Numbered from the stretch's first letter, positions 18,302 to 28,113 are shown. The stretch is 64,000 bases of DNA from Clostridium sp. CAG:1000 (GCA_000436975.1 HG000336.1:26519-90518), one strand, 5' to 3'. Numbers and translations: made by a program. Notes: generated by a model from the letters alone, not told the origin.

Positions 18302-19699
18302 ATGATTGAATATCTTTTTTTTATTTGTTATAATTTTAACGTAGGTAGTAATATGAAAAAAATAAAAATGGGTTTAATTTTTTTTATTATGATATTAGAT
18401 TTACTTTTATTAATTAGAGTAACTTATTTTAGGTTTTATGAAGTAAGTAGACCTATTGATATAAAGCCTTATATTAAAGATGATAAAATACATATAACAT
18501 TTTATACTAATGAATATCAATTAAACAACAAAACCTATTGTATTATAAAAAAAGATAATGAAGTACCTTCTATAAATGATAAAAATTGGAAGTTATCTAA
18601 TAATAGTAGTTGTGTATATAAAATTGGAAAAGGAACTTATAAAGCATATGTAAAAACTGCTGATAACAAGATAATTTTTGTTGAGGGCTCTGACATGCTT
18701 GGAAGTGTTACTGATATTAATACTAATAAAGAAAAAATATATTTGGCAATAAATGAACAATACTCACCTACTATTAATATTGATTATATAGGAAATGCTA
18801 AAACAGATATTACGTGGACAAGTGAAAATAATAATATTGCTACTGTTTCTCATGATGGTAAAATTAAAGGTATTTCTGAAGGAGAAACAAAAATTACTGC
18901 TACATCAATGGACAAGAGTATACCTATTAAGGTTATTGTAACAGACTTAATAAATACTAGACCAAATCATTTTAGCAATAAAAAACCTTACCTACCCTGT
19001 GGTATATATTCTAAAGAAGACAATGATTTATTAGATACAATATTAGAAGATAGAATTAACACAGTAGGTTATCAAACAAGAGCTGGAGCTGTAGAAGCAG
19101 CACGATTTATTACATTAGAACTCCCATATAAAATTAGATATTTTTCTGAAAATGGAAGAGGCTCTACTAATGGAGTTCAAGGCGAAGGAAGATATTATAA
19201 TAAAGGATTATACTTACATAGTAGTAGATTTAAAAATATCAAAAAGAAAGCACATGGTCCTAAAACATGGGGATGTAGTTTATATAGTAACCCATCACAT
19301 GGGAAAAGAGCAAATGGACTTGACTGTAGTGGCTTTATATCATGGGTATTATTAAATGGAGGATTCGATGTTGGAGACATAGGAGCTGGTCTTGCACCTC
19401 ATTTAGATTTAACTGATTATGAGCAAAGAATTAAATTTAATTCAAATGTTATAAAATCGGGAAAAGTTAAAGTTGGTGATTTATTAAGTTCCGGAGGAGT
19501 TAATGGTGGACATATAGCAATGATAGTTGGCGAAGATAATAATAAATATTATGTAGCCGAAAGTTTATGGACTCCACCCAATGTAAGTGTTGGAATATAT
19601 GAATATTCTAAGAAAACTATCTTTAATAGATATTACTATGTAATGCTTATGGATAGTTATTATAAAGAAGATGGAAAATTAACAAAATTATGGTATTAG
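18302..19699 (+). CDS. membrane-anchored Big_2 domain + NlpC/P60 (C40) putative peptidoglycan hydrolase
   Basis: Big_2 signature NATVSHDGKIKGISEGETKITATS. C40 catalytic residues DCSGFISWV (Cys) and GGHIAMIVG (His). Probable true start is the MKKIKMG at 18353. Confidence 0.65.
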   Translation: MIEYLFFICYNFNVGSNMKKIKMGLIFFIMILDLLLLIRVTYFRFYEVSRPIDIKPYIKDDKIHITFYTNEYQLNNKTYCIIKKDNEVPSINDKNWKLSNNSSCVYKIGKGTYKAYVKTADNKIIFVEGSDMLGSVTDINTNKEKIYLAINEQYSPTINIDYIGNAKTDITWTSENNNIATVSHDGKIKGISEGETKITATSMDKSIPIKVIVTDLINTRPNHFSNKKPYLPCGIYSKEDNDLLDTILEDRINTVGYQTRAGAVEAARFITLELPYKIRYFSENGRGSTNGVQGEGRYYNKGLYLHSSRFKNIKKKAHGPKTWGCSLYSNPSHGKRANGLDCSGFISWVLLNGGFDVGDIGAGLAPHLDLTDYEQRIKFNSNVIKSGKVKVGDLLSSGGVNGGHIAMIVGEDNNKYYVAESLWTPPNVSVGIYEYSKKTIFNRYYYVMLMDSYYKEDGKLTKLWY

Positions 19700-19711
19700 G
19701 AAGTGTGAATC

Positions 19712-20140
19712 ATGGATTATATTGAAGAATTTATTGAAGATAATATTAAAATAATAGTTATAACTTTTATAGTTTTATTTGTTGTATTAGCATTATATTT
19801 TATATTTAGAGAGAAAAAAACATATGAAATTGTAACTTGTCAAAGTGATGGGGGGTATTTTGAAAGAAGTTTTACAAATAAAAATACAAATGATTCGTGT
19901 GATTTAACAATAAATGCAGGAAGTAAACCTACATCACAATACATGCTTAAAATTAAAAGAGTTAAGATTAGTAGAAATAATAATGTAACAATACTAGTAG
20001 AAAATGAAAAAATATCTGATGAAACAAAAGAAACGTTTACTAACCCCTATTGTAAAATTAAATTTAATTTTCCTTGTAATGATGTATATGTAAAAGATAA
20101 TCACAATAGAATATATTCTAAAATAGATAATGTAAACTAA
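19712..20140 (+). CDS. hypothetical signal-anchored protein (142 aa)
   Basis: N-terminal TM IIVITFIVLFVVLALYFIF. Cys-containing exported domain. Confidence 0.45.
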   Translation: MDYIEEFIEDNIKIIVITFIVLFVVLALYFIFREKKTYEIVTCQSDGGYFERSFTNKNTNDSCDLTINAGSKPTSQYMLKIKRVKISRNNNVTILVENEKISDETKETFTNPYCKIKFNFPCNDVYVKDNHNRIYSKIDNVN

Positions 20141-20157
20141 GATACTTTAAATGCTAA

Positions 20158-21519
20158 GTGTCTTTTTTTTACTTACTTGTTGTGATAAGATTAAATAAAG
20201 ATGGTGATTATATGGCTAAGAAAAGATATAAAAAAAGAAAATTAAGATATAAAATTAAAATACTTTCTAATTTCTTATTATTAATTTTGATATGTACGTC
20301 TGGTTATTATTTATATAACTTAATAATTAATAAGTCCCCTATTCTTTCTATAACAAATAAAAATAATAATCTAATAATTGAGCTTGATAATAATTATGAT
20401 TGTTTATTTACAGATGAATATATACTTCCAGATGTAGATAGTAATAAATGGGTAGCAAGTGATAAAGAATATAAATGTTATACTAAGTTTGATAATAGTA
20501 AATATATATTTTTAAAGAAAAATAATAAAATTGTTTATTCAACTGATGATGTTATATATTTAGAGACATTATCAAATAAAGTATATATGGCTCTTAATGA
20601 TAAAAAAGATTTACCTATAAAAGTAATTGGGAACATAAATAATTTAGATTTTAAATATAGTAATTCTACTGTTATTGATATTAATAAAGGTAAAATTATT
20701 AGTAATAGTATTGGTAATACATCTATTATAACCAAATATAATGGTACTAAAAATATAATAGATGTTATAGTAAGTGATTTAATAGTTAGTATGCCTCATG
20801 AATATGATTTAAAAAAGAAAGGGTTAGAATGTAATAAATACTCAGAAGAAGAAAGTGATATTTTAGACGATATATTAAAGTCAAGGGTTAATGAAGTTGG
20901 TGCCTCTACAAGAGCTTCTGCTGTTAGCGTAGCTAGATTTCTTACATTAGAGTTTCCTTATAGAATAAACTATTTTTATGAAAACGGTAGACAAACTACC
21001 AATAAAGTAGATGGTGAAGGAAGATACTATCATAAGGGACTTTATCTTACAGAAAGCAAATATAGTTCATTAACTGGAAGCACATCTTCGCCTAAAGCAT
21101 GGGGATGTAAACTCTATAGTAAACCTGTTAGTAGGTATGATAATAATGGTCTTGATTGTAGTGGCTTTGTATCTTGGGTATTATTAAATGCAGGATTTGA
21201 TCCTAAAGATGTAGGAACTGGATTTGCTGATTATTTAGATTTAACTGATTATGGAGATGTTAAAAGGATTAATAGTGCTACTATTAATGATATAAAGGTT
21301 GGAGATTTACTTCATAGTTATGCCGCAGGTGGACATATTGGCATCATAGTTGGTATTGATAATGACTACTTTTATGTAGCACAAGCACTATGGTATGATG
21401 AAGTTGGTGTAATAATAACTAAATATAAAAAAGACTTATTATATAAATCATTCCCACATGTAGTACTTATGGATAAATATTATATTAATGATGGTAAACT
21501 TACTAATATGTGGTATTAA
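20158..21519 (+). CDS. paralogous membrane-anchored Big_2 + NlpC/P60 (C40) putative peptidoglycan hydrolase
   Basis: Same architecture as 18302..19699: DCSGFVSWV and GGHIGIIVG. Probable start MAKKRYKK at 20209. Confidence 0.65.
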   Translation: MSFFYLLVVIRLNKDGDYMAKKRYKKRKLRYKIKILSNFLLLILICTSGYYLYNLIINKSPILSITNKNNNLIIELDNNYDCLFTDEYILPDVDSNKWVASDKEYKCYTKFDNSKYIFLKKNNKIVYSTDDVIYLETLSNKVYMALNDKKDLPIKVIGNINNLDFKYSNSTVIDINKGKIISNSIGNTSIITKYNGTKNIIDVIVSDLIVSMPHEYDLKKKGLECNKYSEEESDILDDILKSRVNEVGASTRASAVSVARFLTLEFPYRINYFYENGRQTTNKVDGEGRYYHKGLYLTESKYSSLTGSTSSPKAWGCKLYSKPVSRYDNNGLDCSGFVSWVLLNAGFDPKDVGTGFADYLDLTDYGDVKRINSATINDIKVGDLLHSYAAGGHIGIIVGIDNDYFYVAQALWYDEVGVIITKYKKDLLYKSFPHVVLMDKYYINDGKLTNMWY

Positions 21520-21522
21520 ATT

Positions 21523-21552
21523 AAAAAAAGGAATAATTAAATTCCTTTTTAA
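21523..21552. terminator. bidirectional intrinsic terminator between convergent genes
   Basis: AAAAAGGAAT-AATTAA-ATTCCTTTTT. Confidence 0.7.
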
Positions 21553-21615
21553 AATGATTTAAGGTGTATTTTAGGACTATTTAATAATTTTATGATTATT
21601 TATATTAAAATACAC

Positions 21616-22926
21616 TTATTCTTCTATATTTGTATTATTTTCATCTGAATTAGCTTCATCAATATTAATAATATTACTATTAATATTTTCATCTATATTA
21701 TCATTAGTTTTTTTCTTTTTAAATATATTTTTAATGCCAGAAACCCAATTAAATTTTTCTAATATTGAATTAATATATTCATTTCTTTCATTGATTTTTT
21801 TCTTCTCTTCTTTTTCAAGTTGTTTTCTTCTTAAAACTAATTTATATAATATATTATTATTTAATAATACAAAACAACTTACTTCATTTGCAACTAATTC
21901 AGAATATAATATTGGTTGCAAAGTAGTATCATGAGCATCTAATAATTCATCAATACTATCAACTTTAATAACATTATAATCATCTTCATTAATTGTTGCT
22001 ATAGATTTCGATGAAACTATTGCCCTATCATATTCTTTAAGTATTTTACTAATAGTAGAATTATATACATCAATTTTAGATCTACCACTAAATAAAGTAT
22101 ATAGGCTTATATATAATAATGCTAAACTTAATATACCAACTATAAAACCTAATACTAATACAAAAGGTTTTTTAATTTGAGATATATAATTTTTGTCTAA
22201 AGTACCAGCGTTATTAATACTACTAGTATCAATACCTATATCAATAGTTTGCTCTGATAGCGGTATTGCTAAAGATAATTTATTAACTTTTTCAAAATCA
22301 TCTTTTAATATTTTGCTTTTAGCCTTAGTACTAATTTCCATAGTAACAACGAGTTTACTCTTTACTGATAATGCATATGTCTTCTTAAATGAATTTACAT
22401 ACGAATTATATTCATCATAATTAATATTAACTGAGTCATTAATTAAAAAGTTGTTAAATTCTCCTTTATTCTTTTTATCACTTCTAAGCACATTGGTTTT
22501 CTTATATAGTATTTTATTATTATCATTAGGATCCGTTATTAGTAAATCTGCTTTAATATTATATTTATAATCATAATTAAGATTATTATCTGATTTCATA
22601 TTAAATTTATAATTAATATTAATTTTATCAATTAAACTTGCTACATATTGCATATCTTTACCAAGATATTTATCATTATAAAATGAATTATCTTTCAAAT
22701 ATACTTTATAATCAATATCACCAGTTTCATTATAATTTACTACAGATTCCTTTTCACTATACATAGAACCCTTTAGTACAAACAATGTAAGAATAAGCAT
22801 AACCATTGTTGGTATCATCATACATATAAACCATTTTCTAATTGTAAATGGTTTCACTTCTTCAATACTATCATTTTCTGCATTATTTTCATTTTGAATA
22901 TTATTCATTTTATCACACCTTTTCAT
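21616..22926 (-). CDS. bitopic membrane protein, last gene of the SipW-type locus (possible TapA/DUF5305-like accessory protein)
   Basis: Two TM helices (~residues 35-55 and ~265-290). N/K-rich. The start overlaps the upstream gene by 14 nt. Confidence 0.45.
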   Translation of the reverse strand: MKRCDKMNNIQNENNAENDSIEEVKPFTIRKWFICMMIPTMVMLILTLFVLKGSMYSEKESVVNYNETGDIDYKVYLKDNSFYNDKYLGKDMQYVASLIDKININYKFNMKSDNNLNYDYKYNIKADLLITDPNDNNKILYKKTNVLRSDKKNKGEFNNFLINDSVNINYDEYNSYVNSFKKTYALSVKSKLVVTMEISTKAKSKILKDDFEKVNKLSLAIPLSEQTIDIGIDTSSINNAGTLDKNYISQIKKPFVLVLGFIVGILSLALLYISLYTLFSGRSKIDVYNSTISKILKEYDRAIVSSKSIATINEDDYNVIKVDSIDELLDAHDTTLQPILYSELVANEVSCFVLLNNNILYKLVLRRKQLEKEEKKKINERNEYINSILEKFNWVSGIKNIFKKKKTNDNIDENINSNIINIDEANSDENNTNIEE

Positions 22927-24106
22927 TTAACCATACTGTTGGAACTCCAAGATATGGTATTTTTAAAGTGGCTTTCCCAATAACTAAAGCCTCATTAATA
23001 GTCCAACTATCTTCTTCACTATTGTTATCACCTTTAGTATTAAAATATATAACCCCATTATATTCTTTAACCCTAACTATGCGGTGAACTATAACCATAT
23101 CATTATGTTTATATACAAGTACTTCTCCTTCTTTAAGTTTTCTAATTTCCTTTTCATTTAGTTTTTCAACAACAACTACATCACCTTTATTAATTCTTGG
23201 TTCCATAGATTCAGAACCAATTGCAAGAACATAAAATTTAAATATGCCACTAGTCAAAGATATCATTAGGAATATTATTATAACTAGTCCAATAGATAAT
23301 ATTTTTTCAGCTTTATTATTATTTCTTATATTTTCGTTAGTTTTTTTCTTTTTAAATTCTGTATAAAGCTTATACATAATAAGAGCTGGAAATAATAAAT
23401 TAATCACTGTTTGCATATATATATCAATATCAGGCACAATTGGCAATAAAAATGTAGGAATTTCCATAAATAATCTATATACTAATGGTGGCTTATATCC
23501 AAATTTAAGCGACATGTATGTTAAAAGTATATTCTTAGATAATAATGGAATCGTAGTAGCATATAACATTTTAATTATTCCGGAAGTTGTATGTAAATCA
23601 TATAAATAACTTACAAGTATACTATCTATTGATACAAATAATAAGCAAGTTAATATTATCAAAAATTTATTTTCTTTTCCTTTTTGAATTAATTCATATC
23701 TTAAAAATTCACTAGCAAATATAATTATCAATACAGGCGTAACATTTCTAATAATACCAATTAATTTCAAATTGTAACCACTTCTTAAAAAGCCAAGCCA
23801 TATACCACTAATATAAATTATTAAATAATATAGTATACAATATATTATTAAAGTCATTAACACATCTTTAGTAAATAATTGTCTACTTTTTTCATAGCCT
23901 AATAATCCAATTGATATAAGTAAGGCAGTAATAAGAAGTATAGATAGACCTAAATAGCCTATTTTATTTGTTACAAAAATATCTAAAAGAATAATCACTA
24001 AAGTAACTATTTCTATAATAGCAACTTTTTTTTCGCTAGATTTCATTACACCACCTCTTTTAAATATTTTTCTAATAAATATAATGATTAGGTATGTCTC
24101 ACTCAT
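22913..24106 (-). CDS. SipW-type (archaeal/ER-type) signal peptidase I fused to an N-terminal ~250 aa polytopic membrane domain
   Basis: C-terminal FYVLAIGSESMEPRINKGDVVVV...VHRIV matches the SipW/Sec11 fold. Upstream of it are ~7 hydrophobic helices. Confidence 0.65.
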   Translation of the reverse strand: MSETYLIIIFIRKIFKRGGVMKSSEKKVAIIEIVTLVIILLDIFVTNKIGYLGLSILLITALLISIGLLGYEKSRQLFTKDVLMTLIIYCILYYLIIYISGIWLGFLRSGYNLKLIGIIRNVTPVLIIIFASEFLRYELIQKGKENKFLIILTCLLFVSIDSILVSYLYDLHTTSGIIKMLYATTIPLLSKNILLTYMSLKFGYKPPLVYRLFMEIPTFLLPIVPDIDIYMQTVINLLFPALIMYKLYTEFKKKKTNENIRNNNKAEKILSIGLVIIIFLMISLTSGIFKFYVLAIGSESMEPRINKGDVVVVEKLNEKEIRKLKEGEVLVYKHNDMVIVHRIVRVKEYNGVIYFNTKGDNNSEEDSWTINEALVIGKATLKIPYLGVPTVWLNEKV

Positions 24107-24154
24107 TTCGCGAAATAAGGCATACCTAAATCATTTATTTTTAAATTACTTTAA

Positions 24155-24796
24155 TTAGTTAGCTTGACTAAATGTTAAAGTAGTTTCTGGAATACTAATA
24201 TTTACTTTACCAGCTGGAAGATCAGATGCATTATTGAAATCTTCATATTCAATAGTATATAAATAATCTTGAGTACCAGTTTTAGCGGTAATAGTATCAG
24301 TATTAAGTGTCACTGGGCTACCATCTGCTTTAGTAAAGCTAAATTTTAAATGTTTTTTAACATTAGCAGCATCAGTTTCAGCTTTTTCACCAGTTCCAGT
24401 AATTGTTAATGAATCTAATGTTGGAATACTACTTGCAGTTAATTTTGCTAAATAGTCTCCCGTATTAGATACAGTAATTTTATATTGTAATTTTTGTCCT
24501 GGAGCAGTAAAGTTTGCAGTAACTACACCAATTTTAGTATTAGTTGTGTTTTCACCAGTAGTTCCGTTTCCAATACTAGGAGTAGTTGCTTCTAAACCAG
24601 CACTACTAGCTTCAGTTTTTTCAACGCCTGTAAATAATACGCTCCATGTTTTACCACCAGTGTTAACACTAGCAGTACCATTAATTTGTAATGTTGTACT
24701 GAATGCGGCAAAACCTACACCAATTGCTACTACAGAAATTACTAAAGCAGCAATTACTAAAGTTTTCATTTCTCTTTCTCTATTCATGTTTACCAT
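24155..24796 (-). CDS. secreted protein with SipW-cognate-class signal peptide (TasA/camelysin-like candidate fibre subunit), paralog C
   Basis: N-terminus KTLVIAALVISVVAIGVGFAAFSTTLQINGTASV. Shares architecture with the other two paralogs. Confidence 0.5.
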   Translation of the reverse strand: MVNMNREREMKTLVIAALVISVVAIGVGFAAFSTTLQINGTASVNTGGKTWSVLFTGVEKTEASSAGLEATTPSIGNGTTGENTTNTKIGVVTANFTAPGQKLQYKITVSNTGDYLAKLTASSIPTLDSLTITGTGEKAETDAANVKKHLKFSFTKADGSPVTLNTDTITAKTGTQDYLYTIEYEDFNNASDLPAGKVNISIPETTLTFSQAN

Positions 24797-24810
24797 ATCT
24801 CCTTTTCCTA

Positions 24811-25395
24811 TTAATTTTGTCCATAGTATAATGTTATTGAAAGATTATCTACATCAACGGAATTAACCGGCCATGTATCACCTTCATACCACATACTAAT
24901 TTTTAGGGATTGAAGCGAGTTACTCTTCAAAACATCTCCAACTTTAATATCAGTTCCATCCTTATAAGCCAGTTTATACTTGAAATGACTACAGACAAGA
25001 TTTGCATCTTTTTGTGCCTCCTCGTCTTTTCCTGTACAAATTGGTTCAGTTTGAACTAGTGAAGTGACTACGGCATCAATACCGCTATTATTAACGACAT
25101 CTAATGTATATGATGCCGTATCATCCATACTATTAAATTCAACGCGAAATGAACCAATAATAGTTGATTTATCATCAATAGTTGGATCAATAAGTCCCTT
25201 AGCCGTTCCTTCATATGTAAAGTTAGATAAGTTAGCAAAATGTACATCCCATTTATGAGAAGTAATTGTTGCATAACCTTTGGTTTTCAGGGCTTTAAAT
25301 GACGTAGATAATGCCATTAAAGAAACACTAAGACCAAATACTGCAATAAGTAAGGCTACCACTGCAGCAACTAAATCCAAATTTTTCTTCTTCAT
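24811..25395 (-). CDS. secreted protein with SipW-cognate-class signal peptide, paralog B
   Basis: N-terminus LVAAVVALLIAVFGLSVSLMALSTSFKALKTKG. Conserved W.V.F.N, Cys pair and L.I.L.Y.Q blocks. Confidence 0.5.
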   Translation of the reverse strand: MKKKNLDLVAAVVALLIAVFGLSVSLMALSTSFKALKTKGYATITSHKWDVHFANLSNFTYEGTAKGLIDPTIDDKSTIIGSFRVEFNSMDDTASYTLDVVNNSGIDAVVTSLVQTEPICTGKDEEAQKDANLVCSHFKYKLAYKDGTDIKVGDVLKSNSLQSLKISMWYEGDTWPVNSVDVDNLSITLYYGQN

Positions 25396-25625
25396 TAGTT
25401 ACACAATTACCTCCTTTACATATGTATTGTGGAGTTATTTAAGTTGTAATGCATGTAAAACTAGGGTTTCACAATTCTTCAACTACCCTACATATTAATG
25501 ATAGCATAAACTATATAAATTGTAAATTATTTTATTAAATTTTTCACATAAAAATCCACACAAACTATAATTGTGTAGATTATTTTTAAATGTGTTTTTT
25601 CAATGCAAGAAGGCACTATACAACG

Positions 25626-26395
25626 CTAACCAATTCGGAAAGCTGGAGAAACGCTGTATGTACCACGAGCATAAATATTGCCCCAACCACCATTAGTGCT
25701 GACAGCGTAGAAAATACTATAATAGTAAGAATTGGCCGAGCGGAGCCACCAAAAATTAGCAGTTCCTGCACTATTCTTTTTTATTGCAGCTTCATAACTA
25801 CTTGTAGTCACACCTTTACTATTATAATAGTCTAATTGTCTTGTAAGATCTTTTGCTAAATCATACTGATAAGACCAGTCTGAATATATTTCTTTTGGTG
25901 CTAATAAATATAGTTTATCTGATGATGTAAAGTTATTTGTATCTTCTTTGCCATGGCCTGACACTGTTTCAGTAGTGATGATTACGCTCTTTAATTCCTG
26001 TGGTAATGAATTATAAATATCATTATCTATAAATGTTTTCATTTGACTTTTTGGCCATCCATCTTTATTCCAACCCGAATTATATGTTGTTCCTTTATAT
26101 TCTCCGCTTGGATTCATATTATGTGTAGTTATTATATCAGTAAACTCTACTACAAATCCACATGCGCTTTGTGAAAATCCTTCTTGATTACATTCGTCTG
26201 GTGTACTCATATTTGATATTCTTACTTTATGTTTTCCATATGTACCTAAGTCTACTTCTTTTTCATCTCCAACATTGTATTTACTTGTTTGACCTGTTCT
26301 TACGGCATTTGCTATTGTATTCCATTTCTGTTTTTCCTGCTTTGACAGCTTTAGCTATTGTATCCCATGAATCTTCTGCAAAGGAAACAGTATTT
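25626..26395 (-). pseudogene. DUF6273-like family gene (WWLRSA...SPAFRIG), frameshifted in its N-terminal region
   Basis: The N-terminal domain (DSWDTIAKAVKAGKTE / WNTIANAVRTGQTSKYNVGDEKEV) is in two frames across a tandem ~48 bp duplication. There is no start codon in the upstream frame. The track ORF is 25626..26210. Confidence 0.5.
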
Positions 26396-26400
26396 ATTGG

Positions 26401-27135
26401 TTAATCTGATACAACAGGTGTATTTGAACCAATAGTAGGTGTTTTAACCTGTGAATAAGTAAGACTAATCCCTAAACCAGATATTGATACATCATCTTGT
26501 GGTTCTTCTATAGTTGCTCCATCCACTGGACTTTTATATTTTAATGTAAGGATCATATCCTTAACATCTCCCGCATTTAATACATCATTCACTTCTGGAT
26601 AGCTAGAAAAATTTTGTGGAGAACCATTATCATCATAATGTTCTTCTTCGTTTGCATATTTTAAAGTATATTCTAAATTAGCACATACATTGTTAGCATC
26701 TATAGTAGCCTGTTCACCATTTCCATACCCTTCACAACTAATAGTATCTTTTACAATTTCAGATAATTTAGCATTTATAGTACCATTATTAGCTATTTGA
26801 AATGTATATGATATAGAATCTCCTGGTTCTAAAAAATTAACATTATATGACTTTAATTCAGTCTTATCTTCACTTATTACAGGATCCGTTATTTTAACCG
26901 CACTTCCAGTTAAAGAAGCTTCACTTAAATTTTGAAATTCTATTTTAAAAGACATTCCATCAACATTAGCAACTCCATTTATTTTAAGCGTAGTTGATAA
27001 GGCAGAATATCCTATACTAAGAGCTACACAAGATACTATCAATAATGTAATTAAAGAAATTTTACTATTGTCTTTATTCTTAATTCTAACTTTCATAATG
27101 GCTCCTATTCTTATATAAATATAACATAAAAACAA
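26401..27135 (-). CDS. secreted protein with SipW-cognate-class signal peptide, paralog A (first gene of the locus)
   Basis: Likely start MKVRIKNKD at 27093. N-terminus LITLLIVSCVALSIGYSALSTTLKINGVANV. Confidence 0.5.
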   Translation of the reverse strand: MFLCYIYIRIGAIMKVRIKNKDNSKISLITLLIVSCVALSIGYSALSTTLKINGVANVDGMSFKIEFQNLSEASLTGSAVKITDPVISEDKTELKSYNVNFLEPGDSISYTFQIANNGTINAKLSEIVKDTISCEGYGNGEQATIDANNVCANLEYTLKYANEEEHYDDNGSPQNFSSYPEVNDVLNAGDVKDMILTLKYKSPVDGATIEEPQDDVSISGLGISLTYSQVKTPTIGSNTPVVSD

Positions 27136-27158
27136 TTATTTTTCAATTATAATATTTA

Positions 27159-28106
27159 CTATATTAATGTTACATAACTATAATAAATAATAAATATTAA
27201 AAGAAATATAATTCCCTCTATTTTAGTAATATTTTTATCATTAAATGAAAATATAAACAATAATAAAGTAGATATAATCATTGTAATAATATCTATATAA
27301 CTAAAATTGATACTACTAATACCCCCAAATAATAATATAGGAAGTCCTATAACTATTCCAATATTAAATATATTACTCCCTACTACATTACCTATTGCTA
27401 TATCATATTGTCCTTTTTTAGTTGCTGAAATACTCGTTACAAGTTCAGGGAGCGATGTGCCAAATGCAACTATTGTTAAAGATATCATTCTTTCGCTAAC
27501 CCCAAACATCTTAGCAAGAGTACTAGCACTATCAACAACAAAATTACTACCTATTATTATGGCAGCCAAACCACATACTGTTAATAATATTGACTTTTTC
27601 ATACTAGGATATGTTTCATCACTATCATCAACTTTATTTTTAGACATAGCTATTACATAATACATAAATACACTAAAAAATAATAATAGTATAAGTCCAT
27701 CTCCTCTAGTAAATGAATTAACAATGTTTTTATCAAAAATACTATCGGTCATAAGAACTGCAAAAGCAATAGTAATCATTAAAGTAATTGGTAATTCCTT
27801 TTTAACTGTATTATCTTTAACTTTTAGTGAATGAATTAAAGCACACACTCCTAATATTAGTAATATATTTAAAATATTACTTCCAATCACATTTCCAAGT
27901 ACTATATCAATATTTCCAGATAACAAAGATTTTACACTAACTGCAAATTCAGGGGCACTTGTTCCAAAAGCTACAATTGTAAGCCCTATTAGCATTTTAG
28001 AAACCTTAAAATTACCAGCTATTCCACTTGACCCATCAACAAAATAATCAGCTCCTTTTATTAATATAATAAAGCCGATTATTAATATAAATATTTGTAA
28101 TATCAT
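27159..28106 (-). CDS. Ca2+/Na+ antiporter (CaCA family, YrbG-like)
   Basis: Duplicated alpha-repeat motifs GNVIGSNILNIL and GNVVGSNIFNIG. Confidence 0.8.
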   Translation of the reverse strand: MILQIFILIIGFIILIKGADYFVDGSSGIAGNFKVSKMLIGLTIVAFGTSAPEFAVSVKSLLSGNIDIVLGNVIGSNILNILLILGVCALIHSLKVKDNTVKKELPITLMITIAFAVLMTDSIFDKNIVNSFTRGDGLILLLFFSVFMYYVIAMSKNKVDDSDETYPSMKKSILLTVCGLAAIIIGSNFVVDSASTLAKMFGVSERMISLTIVAFGTSLPELVTSISATKKGQYDIAIGNVVGSNIFNIGIVIGLPILLFGGISSINFSYIDIITMIISTLLLFIFSFNDKNITKIEGIIFLLIFIIYYSYVTLI

Positions 28107-28113
28107 AACACAC

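Noticed and set aside
22848-23087. 79-aa plus-strand ORF over the SipW gene 3' end
   Set aside because: Antisense to a well-supported CDS, with a His/Tyr/Phe-rich nonsense composition.
25590-26404. Plus-strand ORFs 25590..25835 and 26162..26404
   Set aside because: They lie antisense to the DUF6273-like pseudogene. The minus-strand reading has clear family homology.
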